DNA of 64,000 bases from Candidatus Altimarinota bacterium (GTDB taxonomy: Bacteria; Patescibacteriota; Gracilibacteria; 1-14-2-50-48-13): the NCBI GenBank assembly GCA_046314355.1, contig JBKBWQ010000001.1, positions 1,555,056 through 1,619,055 of the forward strand, in the 5' to 3' direction. A program made the position numbers and the translations under genes. Below the pieces are notes generated by a model. That model saw nothing but the letters and a program-made list of their open reading frames with translations. It searched no databases and had not been told where the DNA came from. Below are positions 10,653 through 25,900 of the stretch, one piece after another; within the stretch, counting starts at the first letter, position 1; the number at the start of each line of letters is the position of its first letter.

Positions 10653-10685
10653 AAAAAAACACCGCATTATGTGCGGTGTTTTTTT
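10653..10685 (+). terminator. Intrinsic terminator
   Basis: AAAAAAACACCGCA-ttatg-TGCGGTGTTTTTTT. Confidence 0.85.
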
Positions 10686-10958
10686 ATGTATGTTTTTTCA
10701 AAAAATTTATTTCAATATTAGAATATTTTCTTTTCTTGCATAGCATTCAGGTAGCTGATGGATGAAAAAGTGATCTTTATTTTCTAGACTATTGACTCCA
10801 GATTGGAAGGTACTAGCGAGAGCAGTTGTCTTGCTTTTGTAGACTCAAATAATATATTTGTCATTTGTCATGTCTACATTCAAAAAAGTCTCCACCAGAT
10901 CCAGCCCAGATTCAAGAAATATGATATTATAGTATGATACCCATTTCATAGCTGTAAT

Positions 10959-13900
10959 ATGCTGCTTTCGTCTTACAAAAAGAATAAATTTGGACTGCTT
11001 ACCAGCATCTTTCTGCCTTTCATTCTTTTGGTTGCATACACCTTGGTGATGCTGCCAAAAGCAGATGCAACCACGATTTCTACAGTTGTTACATCTGCAA
11101 CTGATGTTGGTTTCTATTCTGCAACCAAAGTTGGAACGGATGGCTTTGCCAGAATTGCATACTACGACACGACCGATGGCGACCTCAAATATATCCAGTG
11201 TACCAACGCAGATTGTAGTACAAAAAATACAGCTACCTTGGATACAACAGGAGACGTAGGATCTAGTATGGATATGATCATTGCTCCAAATGGCAAGGCA
11301 ATGATCTCGTACCGGGATGCAACAAACGGAAAAGTAAAGTTTGCAAACTGTAATGATGATGCTTGTAGTGCACCTACCATCAACACCATTGCTTCATCCG
11401 CGCAGGTCGTCTATACTGAAAAAATTTCATTAACCTTGGATTTCGATGAGCGTCCTAGAATGCTCTATCGAAATTCAGGGAACTCCATACGACAGATTCG
11501 TTGTACGGATGTAAACTGTGCAGGTAGTGTTGAGACACAAGTCACTAGTTCTGCAGCGTTTCCAACAATACGAATGGGGCTTGATGGTCTTCCAAGATTT
11601 TTCTTTTTCAGTACTTCAGTTGGAAAGCCATATTACGGTGTTTGTTTTAATGCAGACTGTAATTCAAATACTATAAACCCTACAGATACAGGATCAAATA
11701 CCGGTTATTTTACTACGTTTGAAATTGGCACTGATGGGTTTGGGCGACTGGTCTACTATGATCAGACAAATGGTGATTTACGTTTTGTTCAATGTACAAA
11801 TTATATTTGTACCGCATTTACTGGAACAAATCTCGATAGTAGCGGTACGGTAGGAGCTACGCCAAGCATTACTATTGATGAGAATGATTTGGCACGGATT
11901 ACTTATTACGCTGGTGCACCGACGAATGACTTGAAGTATATTCAGTGTCTAAATGCTACATGTTCTAGCCGAACTACTACGGTACTTGATACGGGAGGAG
12001 ATGTTGGTACAAATAGTTTTGTGACACTAGGCCTGGACGGTTTTCCACGAATTACATACTATGACACAACAAACACTGACTTGAAATTCATACAGTGTAC
12101 AAGTATGGCTTGTGACAGTACCTTTGAACCTAGCAACCTCTATGCAAATACAAGTAACTTAGGTGCACAAAATGGAGACACGCTTCCAAATACTTTGAAA
12201 AATACAAATGTGGTCTTTTCAGCTGTTCATCATGATGAACAAGGTGACTCAGCAGATAAATATGAACTACAAATTGCAACGGATACTGCTTTTAGTGCTC
12301 TCGTCTATGATAGCGGAGGAGCTGGTACAGGAATGAGTACCACTCTGGCAGATGCACGTTCACCAGATATAACTCCAACTGGATTTACACCTGAGGAGGG
12401 AATAACGTACTATTGGCGAATTAAATTTTGGGATATAAATAATAACGAAGGCTCGTTTCCGACCACATACTCGAGGTTTCGAGTACAGCAGACTCCGCGA
12501 GTGACCACGGTGGATAATAGTAAAGATGTGGGTATTTTTAACATCACAAGAGTTGGCAGTGACGGCTTTGCAAGGATTGCATATTATGATTATTCCAATA
12601 AAGATCTGAAGTATACGCAATGTACCAACGCTGATTGTACAACAAAGAATACAGTCGTGTTGGATAGTACCGGAGACGTGGGATCAGATACCGGAATGAC
12701 TATTGACACCAATGGTAACGCAGTCATAGCTTACAGAGATGCCACAAACGACCGGGTGAAGTTACTTCGTTGTAATGATGCAGCGTGTAGCAGCCCAACG
12801 ATCACCACCATTACAGGTTCCACATTGGTAGGAGGGTACCGAATAGATGTCGCCCTTGGACTGGATGACTTGCCGCGTATGATCTATGCAAGGTCAGATA
12901 GTTACCTTTTTCATATTCGATGTACCAATGCATCCTGTAGTACCAATGTGGTGAGTCAGGTTTCCGGTATCAGTAGAGTCGCATTTCCAAGTTTAGCGAT
13001 AGCAAACGATGGCAATTCTCGAATCGCATATTATAATATAGATGTATCGGGGCGTCCCTATTATGCGCAGTGTAGTAATATCAACTGTTCTTCAGCAACT
13101 CAGGTGGAGATCGAAGCTATAAATTACAGCGGGTACTATATATCTCTTGCGATAGGTACAGATGGGTTTGCGAGATTGGCGTACTATGATGCTACAAGTG
13201 AAGATGTACGTTTTTCACGCTGTACAAATGCAAGCTGTTCCACGAAAACTTCTGTGATAGTAGACGGAACCGGCACTATGGGTACGCAAACATCTATGGT
13301 CCTTGATAGAAATGACTTTGCACGTATTGCGTATATGTCTGATACGCCTAATTTTGATTTGAAGTATGCACAGTGTCTGGATATGACCTGTACCACAAAA
13401 ACGACGAATCTTCTCGATACACAGAATGCGGTGGGATATGCGACCTCCATCACGCTCGGGTTAGATGAATTCCCTCGAATTTCGTATTATGATTACACCA
13501 ATCATGATGTAAAATTTGCACAGTGTACGAGTATGGCGTGCGATGGTACCTATGAGCCTAGTAATCTGTTTGCAAATACAAGTGACTTAGGAGCACAGAG
13601 TGGAGAATACCTCCCTAACACGTTGAAAAATACGAATGTTGTTTTTTCAGCAATACATCATGATCACGAAGGGGATAGCGCAAACAAGTATCAACTACAA
13701 ATTGCAACTGATACTTTATTCAGTTCCTTAGTCTACGATAGTGGAGCAAGTGGAACAACAATGACTACTACCGCAGTGAATAGTCGTTCGCCGGATCTTT
13801 CGCCTACGGGATTTACACCAACTTCGGGTACGACCTATTACTTCCGAATCAAATTTTGGGATACAAACGATACTGTTGGACCTTACCCGACAGTATATTC

Positions 13901-16900
13901 ACGCTTTAAAGTGCAGCAGGCAACAACAATTAGTCGTGTAGATACAGCAAACGATGTAGGAATCTATTCTGCAGTGAAAGTGGCTCCTGACGGGTTTGCA
14001 CGTATTGCATATTATGATTCTTTTAATCAGGATTTGAAATATACGCAATGTACCAACACTGATTGTACTACAAAGAATACACGAATACTCGATAGTACCG
14101 GTGATGTGGGAGCATTTCCGGGAATCACCATTGATCCTTCGGGGAATGCAGTGATTGCTTATAAAGATGCAACAAGTGACCGGGTCAAAATCGCGCACTG
14201 TAATGATGCAGCATGTAGTACTCCTACACTTACAACAATTGCATCATCATCTTCAATTGGATCTTACAAAATAGATGTAGTGCTTGGCTTAGACAATTTG
14301 CCACGCATACTCTATGTTAGATCAGACGCAAACATGTTTCATATTCGCTGTACCAACGTATCCTGTAGTACAAATGTGGTAAGTCAGGTTTCCGGTATAA
14401 GTAGAGGAGTGTTTGCAAGATTAGCAATGGGACTAGATGGAAATTCAAAAATAGCTTTTTATAACATAGATACTTCAGGACGTCCTTATTATGCGCAGTG
14501 TCACAATATCAACTGTTCTTCCGCAAGTCAGGCAGAGGTCGAAGCTGCAAATGGATATGGATACTATATGAATATTGCCATCGGAACTGATGGCTTGGGA
14601 AGGCTCGCATACCAGGATGCCGTAAATGAGGATTTGAAATTTGTACGATGTACAAATGCCAGTTGTTCTACAAAGACTATTACTTCTGTAGATACAGTAG
14701 GGAGTGTAGGTTCATATATTTCAATGCTACTTGATAGAAATGACTTTGCACGTATTGCGTACATGTCTGATACGCCTAATTTTGATTTGAAGTATGCCCA
14801 GTGTCTAGATATGACCTGTGCCACAAAAACGATGAATCTTCTCGATACACAAGATGCGGTGGGATATACCACCGATATGGCTTTGGGAGTAGATGAATTC
14901 CCTCGGATCACTTATTATGATTATACAAATCATGATTTGAAATTTGCACAATGTACTAGTATGGCTTGTGACGGAACGTATGAACCTAGCAACTTGCTGG
15001 TCAATACAAGTGACTTAGGAGCGCAAAATGGCGATGTTCTGCCAAACACTTTGAAGAATACTAGTGTGGTCTTTTCCGCCATTCATCATGATCACGAGGG
15101 GGAAAGCGCAAATAAGTATCAGTTACAGGTCGCGACAGACACAGCATTCACCGCGGTCGTCTATGACAGTGGGGCAAGTGGAACAAGTATGACGACCACT
15201 GCTGTCAATGTACGTTCACCAGACTTTACACCGACAGGATTTACTCCTACTCCGGGTACGACGTATTATTGGCGTATTAAGTTTTGGGATACAAGCGATA
15301 CCGCAGGACCATACCCGACCACATATTCGCGATTCAGAGTACAGCAGACTCCGACGATTAGTAGTGTAGATACAGCAAACGATGTAGGTATTTATTCCAC
15401 TACAAAAGTGGCTTCCGACGGATTTGCCAGGATCGCTTACTATGATTCTTTCAATCAAGACTTGAAATACACACAATGTACCAATGCTGATTGTAGTACC
15501 AAAAATACACGTACACTTGATAGTACAGGAGATGTGGGAGCATATCTGGACATGGTACTGGATGTATCAGGTAATGCTTATATATCATATAAAGATGCGA
15601 CCAATGATCGAGTGAAAATCGCACGTTGTAACGACGCCGCATGTAGTAGTCCTACACTTACAACCATAACCGGGTCTTCAGTGGTGGGATTTTATAAGAT
15701 TCCAATCACGCTCGGATTAGATGAACTCCCCCGTATCGTCTATAGCTCGTCAGCTAACAACATATATCATATCCGATGTACAAATGTAACCTGTAGCACC
15801 AGCGCTCACAACGGTATAAGTGGCATCAGTCAGGGTGTATTCGCATCGATCGCGACAGGTCTCAACGGGTATACCCGAATAGCATATTATAATGCAAATG
15901 TGTCAGGTCGTCTGTATTATGCGACCTGTACAAGTGATGCATGTTCCTCAGCTTCTCAAGCAGAAGTAGAAACTATATCAAGTATATACTATCCATCATT
16001 GGCGATAGGTTCCACTGATGGTTTTGCACGTATTGCATATTGGGATACAGCAAGTAGTGATTTGCGTTTTATACGATGTACCAATGAAAGTTGTAGTACA
16101 AAGTCAGCAGTTGCCGCAGATACTACAGGAACCGTAGGTTATTACCCGTCATTAGTGTTGGATGGCAATGATTTCGCGCGTATTGCCTATTTAACTGAAG
16201 TTCCTGATTTTGATTTGAAGTATATGCAGTGTCTGAATACCACCTGTACTACAAAAACAACAAACTCAGTTGATACACAGGATGCAGTAGGGTATCTGCC
16301 GTCCCTTGCTCTTGGCTTGGATGAATTTCCGCGAATTTCTTACTATGATTACACGAATCATGATTTGAAATTTGCACAGTGTACGAGCATGGCTTGCAAT
16401 AACACTTATGAACCAAGTAACTTGCTAGTAAATACAAGCGATTTGGGAGCACAAAGCGGTGATACTTTGCCAAATACTTTAAAAAATACAAGCGTGGTCT
16501 TCTCTGGAATCCATCATGATCATGAAGGCGATAGCGCAGACAAATACCGATTACAAATAGCGACTGATACTGCATTTAGCTCAATCGTGTATGAGAGTGG
16601 TGCCACAGGTACGGCTATGACGACTACATCAGTCAATGCCAGATCTCCTGACTTCACACCCACAGGATTTACACCAACTCCGGGGATCACCTATTACTGG
16701 CGTCTGAAGTTCTGGGATACAACCAATGAAGAGGGACTATTTACCTCAGCATATTCTCGTTTCAGAGTACAGCGAATTCCAACAATTAGTACAGTTGAGA
16801 GTCTCAAAGATACCGGTTTTGCTTCTTCCGTGAAGGTTGGCTCTGATGGGTTTGCACGTATGGCGTATTATGATTCCTACAATAAAGATTTGAAATATTC

Positions 16901-19900
16901 CAGGTGTACAAATGCTGACTGTACTACCAAAAACACGGTTACCTTGGATGGTACTGGTGATGTGGGGGCGTATCTTGATATGTTGCTTGATCAAAATGGA
17001 TATGCACAAATTTCGTATAGAGATGCCACAAATGGAAGAGTGAAATTTGCAAAATGTTACGACAGTGACTGTAGTAATACTACACCACCAACCATTACTT
17101 CAATCCCTTCCGCTACGTCAGTAAGTGAATACATGATCACTATCGGGCTAGGCACTGATAATCTCCCCCGAATGGTCTACCGAAGAGATGATCTGCAGAT
17201 TGTGCATATTCGTTGTACGATTGCTACCTGTGCTACAGCGACTGTAAATACCTCTGGTCTCAGTCAAGGAGCATTTCCTGTTATGAGAGTGGGTACAGAT
17301 AATCTTACAAGAATTGCATATTACAATCATAACATAGGCGGACGTGTATATTACGCTGTATGTAATAATGTGGATTGTACAAGCGCATCTAATACTCAAG
17401 TAGAAACAATTGGTACTAGTTATTATAACTCTTTGGCACTTGATAGTTCTAATATTGCCCGTATTGCATACTGGGATCCAAATAGTAACGATCTGCGTTT
17501 TGTACAGTGTACAAATAGTACTTGTAGTGCAAATGTTGCTACCGCTGTAGATACAGTTGGAAATGTAGGTGCCATGACAAACATGACTCTAGGAAGTGAT
17601 GGTTTTGCCCGTATTGCATATCTCTCTGATACACCGAATTTTGATTTGAAATACATGCAGTGTACCACTATAAGTTGTTCCACAAGCCAAGTAACAAGCC
17701 TAGTTGATACACAGGGAGTAGTAGGATTTTACCCATCCATTGCAATGGGGCTTGATGATTTTGCACGTATCTCCTATTACGATTATTCAACTCACGATCT
17801 AAAATTTGCGCAGTGTGGAAATTTTGCTTGTGATAGCACATTCGTTCCAGATGCACCAACAGTACTTTACATTAATACCCCTGAAAATACTGCCCAAACA
17901 GGTCTTGCCAGTCCCGCAAACTTTACTTCGCCTAATCCGCCAGTATATTCTGCTATCTATAACGCTGGCCAGTCTGGTGAAGCTGCAAATAAATATCGAT
18001 TAGAAATCTCAACCAGCAATGCAAATGAGTCAGCATTCATAAGTGGAATTGTGTACGATAGTGGTGCGGCTGGTACAAGTATGACAAATACAGCAGATGG
18101 AGCCAGATCACCTGATCTTACTGCCACAGGCTTTACGCCAACAGCAAATACTACTTATTACTTCCGGGTAAGGTTCTATACAACGAGCGGTACTATAGGT
18201 GTAAAATCAACAGCTGCGCAATATAACATTATAGCAAATGTCCCTCCGACACCACCAACCATTCCTTATGCAAATACCGCAGCCAATGGTGCACAAAGCG
18301 GCCTCACAAATCCACTTAGTCTCAATTCTACCTCCCTGGTATTCTCAGCAATCCATAACGATCCAGAAGGTGATGCGGCAAATAAATATCAGCTTCAAAT
18401 CTCTACTGACAGTACTTTTGCAACCACTGCTTATGATAGTGGAGCATCAGGCACTTCCATGACTTCGACTGCAAACGGTGCTCGTTCACCCGATATCACA
18501 CCGACTGGTTTCACGCCATCAGTCGCAACTAACTACTTCTGGAGAATCAAGTTCTGGGATACGGCTGGAGCCGCCGGAGCTTACACTACAGGTACACATT
18601 CCTTCTTTTTACCTGGATATTGTGCTCCTTCTCCATCCGATATGGTTTCGTGGTGGAAAGCAGAGGGTAATGCTGCCGATTCCAGTGATGGGAACAGTGG
18701 AACACTGATGAACGGTACTACATTTGGCCCAGGAAAAATTGGACAAGGATTTAGTTTCGATGGGGTCAATGACTACATCACTATCCCTGATGCTGCAAAC
18801 CAAACTCCATCTACAAATCTTCCTCCACTGAACAGTAAAATCACCCTTAGCGCATGGGTAAATCCTTCCACTCTTAGCGGCCATCGTTCAATAATCACCA
18901 AGTATTCTTCTAATATCAGCCAAAGCAGCTGGTATCTCGAAATAGCAGACGGAGGCGGTCTCTCTTTTGGTGTTTATCAAGACTCGAGCACTTATCGAGG
19001 TGTCACAACTCCTGCAGGTACACTCACGGCAAATACATGGCAACATGTCACCGGAGTCTTTAGTTCAGTGGATCAAAGTTTGACAGTCTATGTCAATGGC
19101 GTAGTACAGTCAGTAACAGTTGCAGGAGGTACGGTAACTTCTATAGCCGACTCCTCAGCTCCAGTCTTTATTGGTGCTATTACTCCCGGTAGCGGAGTCA
19201 TCTCTGACTATTGGAGTGGATCCATCGATGATGTACGATTCTTTAATAGAGCACTTACGCAGACTGAAGTAACAAACATTTATAATGAAGCAGCGGGAAC
19301 AGTATGTAGTGCAAATACTCCATCTACACCAACAAATCTTTTCTCAGAAACCTCCTATACAGGTGCCCAAAGTGGACAAACGAATCCAACTCTCAACACA
19401 ATAAGCCCAGCTTTCTCTGCAATATATACCCATCCTGACGATGTTTCAGGAAATAAGTATCAACTACAACTTGCAAGCGATGCCGGATTTAATGACCTCA
19501 TTTACGACAGTGGATCCAGTGGTACAAATATGCCAACGGTCACAAGCGGTGCAAGGTCAACGAATCTCTCTGTGCCAATAACGCTTGCAGATGACACTAC
19601 GTATTACTGGAGAGTAAGATTCTGGGACATAAACGAACATATAAGCGCATATTCTGCCGGTTCTTCATTTTCAACAGCAGCAAACTGTATTCTATCTCCC
19701 TCAGATATGATCTCTTTGTGGGCAGCTGAAGGAAATGCAAATGACAGTACCACTCTCAATTCAGGAACTTTACAAAATGGAGCCACCACTGCTGCCGGAA
19801 AAATTGGACAGGCATTTAGTCTTGATGGGGTCAATGATTATATACATATCCCTGATGATCCTAGTCAGACTCCCGCAAGTGGAAAAATCACTTTAAGTGC

Positions 19901-22900
19901 CTGGGTAAATCCTACTGCTCTTGGCAGCGTACAATCTATTGCCACTAAATATACTTCGAATACTTCTAACATAAGTTGGTATCTTGCAATGACTCCAACA
20001 GGAAAGGCATATTTGGCAACATACTCTAATGGAGGTTCAACTTCACGTGGGATGACTACTACCGCGAATGTTATTACTGCCGGAACATGGACACTTGTGA
20101 CTGCTGTGTATGATACTAGTAACCAGACCAGTGCCATTTATATCAATGGTGTATCGCAACCTATTGATATCACAGGATCCAATCTCACTAGCCTCTTCGA
20201 TAGCACTTCTCCTATTCGTATAGGTAGTGTCGTTACATCAGGTGGAAACCTCAATGAATTCTGGAACGGAAAAATTGATGATGTTCGTCTTTATAATCGA
20301 GCACTCTCAGCAGCTGAAGTTTCAGAACTTTACTCTAGCCAGACAGATGGAAACTGTAATCACGCTCCCACTGCTCCTACTAGTCTTTTCTCAAATACAG
20401 CAAACAATGGAGCACAATCAGGGCTTACAAATCCTACTGCTTTGGATTCTGAGGATGTGGTATTCTCAGCAATACATAACGACCTAGATACAGATGCAGC
20501 AAATAAATACCAGCTACAGATCAGTACAAATAGCACCTTTACAAGTACAGTGTATGATAGCGGTGCAGGTGGTACAACTATACCGACCATTGCAAATAAT
20601 GCCCGATCATCGAATATTTCTATCCCTGGTGGTACTCTCGCAAAAGGTGTGACTTATTACTGGAGAATAAAATTCTGGGATACGGATGGAAATGCTGGAG
20701 ACTTCTCTCCGAGTGGCACAAATGCTTCATATTTCTTTATTCCTGGCCTATGTCCTCTCGTTCCAACAGATATGGTCTCTTGGTGGAAGGCAGATGGAAA
20801 TACAAATGATTCTATCAGCAGTAACAATGGTACGCTTACCAATGGAGCAACATATGGTGAAGGAAAAATCGGAAATGCTTTTAGTTTTGATGGAGTAGAT
20901 GATTACGTATCTGGCACAGCAAGTAACTTTGCTGGAATAAATCAGTTTACGATGTCTGCCTGGGTGAAAGTGAATGCATTTAATGCTACGCAAGTACCTA
21001 TACGTATTGGTCTTGCGGAAGGTAACGGAGGTCGAAGACTTGAAATTAGAACCAACGGTTCTGTATGTAGCGACTACTATCTACAAGGTACTATTTGTTC
21101 ATCAGCTGGTGCAATGGTCGCAGATACCTGGTATCACCTTAGTATTACTCAAACTGCTACTACACAATCCGTATATAAAAACGGTGTATTATTAATATCC
21201 ACACCTAATACTCCATCTCCAATTGGATCGAATGACTTCTATATAGGTCGAAGAACAAACACCGGAGGTGTTTCGTATCCAGTGAATGGTTTTGTGGACG
21301 ATGCCCGTGTCTACAATAGAGCGATAAGTGCCACAGAAGTTGCTGCACTCTATAATGAAGGATCAGGTAATACTTGTAATAATATACCTGCGGCACCAAC
21401 AGCACCTTATAGCAGTATTGCTGCAAATGGTGCTCAGTCAGGACAAACAAATCCTACAAATCTTACTTCAAACACACTCGTATTTTCTGCCATCCATCAT
21501 GATCTGGATACGGATGCTGCAAATAAATATCAGCTCCAGATCTCTACAGATAATACGTTTGCAACTACAAACTATGATAGTGGCTCTACGGGAATCAATA
21601 TGGCCTCAACTGCTGATGGAGCTCGTTCCCCTGATGTTACCACTACGAACTTTACGCCTGTTTCCGGCATTACCTACTATTGGAGAATCAGATTCTGGGA
21701 TACAGTAGGTGATCCTGGAACCTATTCTGTACCTGCTACTTTCACAACAGCAGGATATTGTGTGGCTCCTCCAAGTGATATGACAGCGTGGTGGCAGGGA
21801 GAGGGAAATGCTGACGATACTCCAGGTACCAATGACGGTATTCTTACAAATGGTGCAACATATACTTTAGGTAAACGTGGACAGGCTTTTCAGTTTGATG
21901 GAGTAAATGATTATGTGAATTTACCTGCGGGAGGAGCGGTCAGTAGTGGAGATTTTACAATTTCTCACTGGATTCGGGCTTCTGACTTTGCAAGTGCACA
22001 TGTGATCTACGAGCAGGGAACGAACGGATACATCCAGACTCGTGTCATGCCGGGTGGACAATTTCTCGCTTCCGTAGATGGAACAAATCTAGATTCAGCA
22101 AATACTACTTTAACTGCAAATACATGGTATCTTCTATCCATGACATATCAGGGATCTTCCATGAAACTGTATGTAAATGATAGTTTAGCTGGAACATACA
22201 CACGAACAGCCAATTACCTTCGTGACCGTGCTCAGATTGGATCCAATACTGACGTGAGCGGCAATCCGATTGCATTCTTTGCCGGACTGATCGATGATGT
22301 GCGTATTTATGGGCGAGCACTTACTGGAGGAGAAATAACGAACCTTTATAATGAAGGAGCTGGAACTCCGTGTAACCTGGCACCAGCAGTTGCTTCGAAT
22401 CTTTATTCAAATACTACAACTGCAGGAGCTCAGAGTGGTCAGACAAATCCTATGAATCTTGCTACGGAAAATCTTGTATTCTCAGCAATACATAATGATC
22501 CCGATGCAGATGCTGCAAATAAATATCAGCTTCAGATATCTACTGATAATACATTCTTAAGCTTAGTGTACGACAGTGGGGCTTCCGGTACAAGTATGAC
22601 AAGTACTGCTAATGGGGCACGATCTCCGGATATCGCGCCTACAAGTTTTGTGCCTGATAGGGGAACTACATATTACTGGCGGATCAAATTCTGGGATAGC
22701 CACAATGTACAAGGACCATTCTCACCTTCTGGAAGCAGTGCTGCGAGCTTTAAGGTGGTAGTAAATACTGGTCCTAGTGCACCTACAAATCTTTATGCAA
22801 ACATAGCGAGTATTGGAACAGCCTCAGGAAGGACTAATCCTACTGATCTTACATCTACAAGTATATATTTCTCTGCAATAAATAATGACCTAGATGGAGA

Positions 22901-25900
22901 TAATGTAAATAAATATCAACTCCAGATAAGTACAGATAATACCTTTGCTTCAATAAATTATGATTCAGGAGCTGGCGGATTAGCTCTGACCTCCACCGCA
23001 GACGGAGCACGTTCACCGAATATTGGAACTGCAAGTTTTATACCAGCTGTGGGAACTACTTATTACTGGCGGGTGAAATTCTGGGATATCTATAACAATG
23101 AAGGAACATTCTCGCCAAGCGGTAATGATGCATCTTATTTCTTTATCCCAGGCACTTGTCCATATATTGCAAATGATATGGTGAGTTATTGGTCTGGTAA
23201 TATTACAACGACTGATACGGTTAGTGCTAATAACGGTACTCTTACCAATGGTGCTACCTATGCCGCTGGAAAAGTAGGTCCTTCTTTCAGTTTTGATGGA
23301 GTAAATGATTATGTTACCGTACCTGATAGTAGCTCACTAAAAGTTGGTTCAGGAGACTTTAGTATTTCACTTTGGTTCAAAGCAACAAGTACAGGAAATC
23401 ATCAGGCACTCTTTTCTAAGGAAGGTTCTGCTCCTAATTTTCCTCATTATGGTATCAGAATTGACCCGAACAATAAACTTAGCGCTTTTGCGACCGATTG
23501 TGGCACTGGAGTATGCGGCTATGGTACTTCACGACATGGAGTTACTGGTAATACTACTGTGACGGACAATAGTTGGCATCATGTGGTTTTTGTAAAAAAT
23601 GGTGCTGAGCAGACTTTGTACTTGGATAATATTCTCGATGGAAGTCTGTCTGAAGGTCCTTGGAATACAGATTCTACCGCACCACTGACTATTGGATCAC
23701 AGCAAGGTCTGGCAGGAACATTTGTTGACGGGCGGATCGATGATATACGTTTCTTTAATAGAGCGTTATCTGCTCAAGAAACAACTGACCTCTATCATTC
23801 AGCAACAGGAACGCTCTGTAATGCACACCCAAGTGCACCTACTACTCTCTATGTAAACACTGCTAGTCTTGGAGCTCAATCGGGTCAGACAAATCCTACA
23901 GATCTCGGTTCAACAAATCTTGTTTTCTCTGCGATCAATAATGATCGAGAGACAGGTGATGTTGCAAACAAATATCGATTACAAATCGCCACTGACAATA
24001 CTTTCGCAACGCCCCTCTTTGATAATGGTGTCGCTGGAATGTCTGTTCTAAATATTATTGCTGGCAACAGATCTCCAGATATCAGTCCAACGGGCTTCGT
24101 ACCTGAGAATGACACAACATATTACTGGAGAATAAAATTCTGGGATGACACTCCTTCAGAAGGTGATTTCTCTGCACCAGCGACTTTTGGTATTGCTGTC
24201 AATACTGCTCCTACCGCACCAACAAATCTCTTCAGTAATACAGGCACGGCTCAGGCTGGACTCACAAATCCTACAAGATTAAACTCATCATCAGTTTTCT
24301 TCTCTGCAATTTACAACGATGCTGATACAGGAGATACAGCAAATAAGTACCAGCTCCAAATCTCTACAGATAATACTTTTGCAACTACTGACTATGATTC
24401 AGGTACTACCGGCACAAATATTGCAGATATAGTAAGGGGAAGCAGATCTGCTAATATTACAGCGACAGGATTCACTCCTACCGCAGGTATTACTTATTAC
24501 TATCGAATAAAGTTCTGGGACACGGCAAATGAGGAAGGTGCTTTCTCTGCTTCTGGCAGTTCTGCCGCGAGTTTTTATGTAAATACTGCACCTACTGCAC
24601 CTACTGTTCTTTACACAAATACTGCAGCTGTCGGAGCGCAAAGTGGTCTCACTGATCCTACTACATTAGACTCTGCAAGTATCGTATTCTCAGCTCTTCA
24701 TGATGATGCTGACCTCGATACTGCAAATAAATATCAGATTCAAATCAGTACGGATAATACCTTTGCAACAACGACTTATGATTCAGGAGCTGGAGGTACA
24801 GCTATGGCTACTACCGCCAATGGTGTGAGATCTCCGGATCTTATTCCATCAGGCTTCACGCCTGTATCAGATACTACTTATTACTGGAGAGTGAAGTTCT
24901 GGGATATACATGGACTCTCAGGATCATACTCACCAAGCGGCAGCAGTGCAGCAAGTTTCAAAGTACATCTCAATGCTGCACCTACAGCACCAACAACACT
25001 TTTCTCAAATACTATAGGTGCCCAAACAGGACAAACAAATCCTACAAATCTTAATTCTACTGACGTTGTATTTTCAGCAGTGAATAACGATCCTGATGGG
25101 GATAACGCTAATAAATATGAACTTCAGATTAGTTCCAATAATTCTTTCTCAAGCTTGATCTATGACAGTGGATCTGCGGGGACAGCTATGACCTCTACAG
25201 ATGATGGTGCAAGATCGCCAGATATCACTATTCCAGGTGGTACTATTCTTACTGCAGGCACGTATTACTGGAGAATAAAATTTTGGGATACGAATGGCAA
25301 TATTGGAGCATATTCTCCAAGTGGCTCCTCTGCTGCTTCCTTTGGCATTACGCTTAATAGTGCACCATCAGCACCAACAAATCTTTTCAGTAATACTCCT
25401 GCCGCTACAGCCCAAGCTGGTCAGACGAATCCTACAAATCTTGATTCTTCGAGCATTGCCTTCTCTGCAGTCTATAACGATCCAAATACCGGAGATATCG
25501 CGAATAAGTATCAGCTGCAAATTTCAACTGACAATACCTTTGCCACAACAAACTTTGATAGTGGAAATACAGGTACACCTATTGCAGATATCACTCAGGG
25601 AAACCGCAGTACTGATATTGTACCTGCTGGCTTTACAGCAAGTGATAATACTACTTATTACTATCGAATAAAGTTCTGGGATGACGAGAATGCAGAAGGT
25701 ATATTCTCAAGTACTGCCCAATTTACCACTGCTATCAATGATGCACCAACAGCACCTACAAATCTACTGGTCAATGGTGCCGCGACATCTTCGAATCTGA
25801 CAACAACAAGTCTCGTATTCTCAGCACAGAACAACGATCCGGATACGGGAGATATCGCAAATAAATACCAGCTCCAGATTTCTACAGATAATACCTTTGC

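Noticed and set aside
10430-10654. 74-aa ORF from the track
   Set aside because: It overlaps the better-supported 48-aa membrane protein in another frame.
12483-17850. CRISPR array or diversity-generating retroelement
   Set aside because: The repeats are in-frame protein domains; there is no repeat-spacer pattern, cas gene or reverse transcriptase, and the differences are not adenine-specific.
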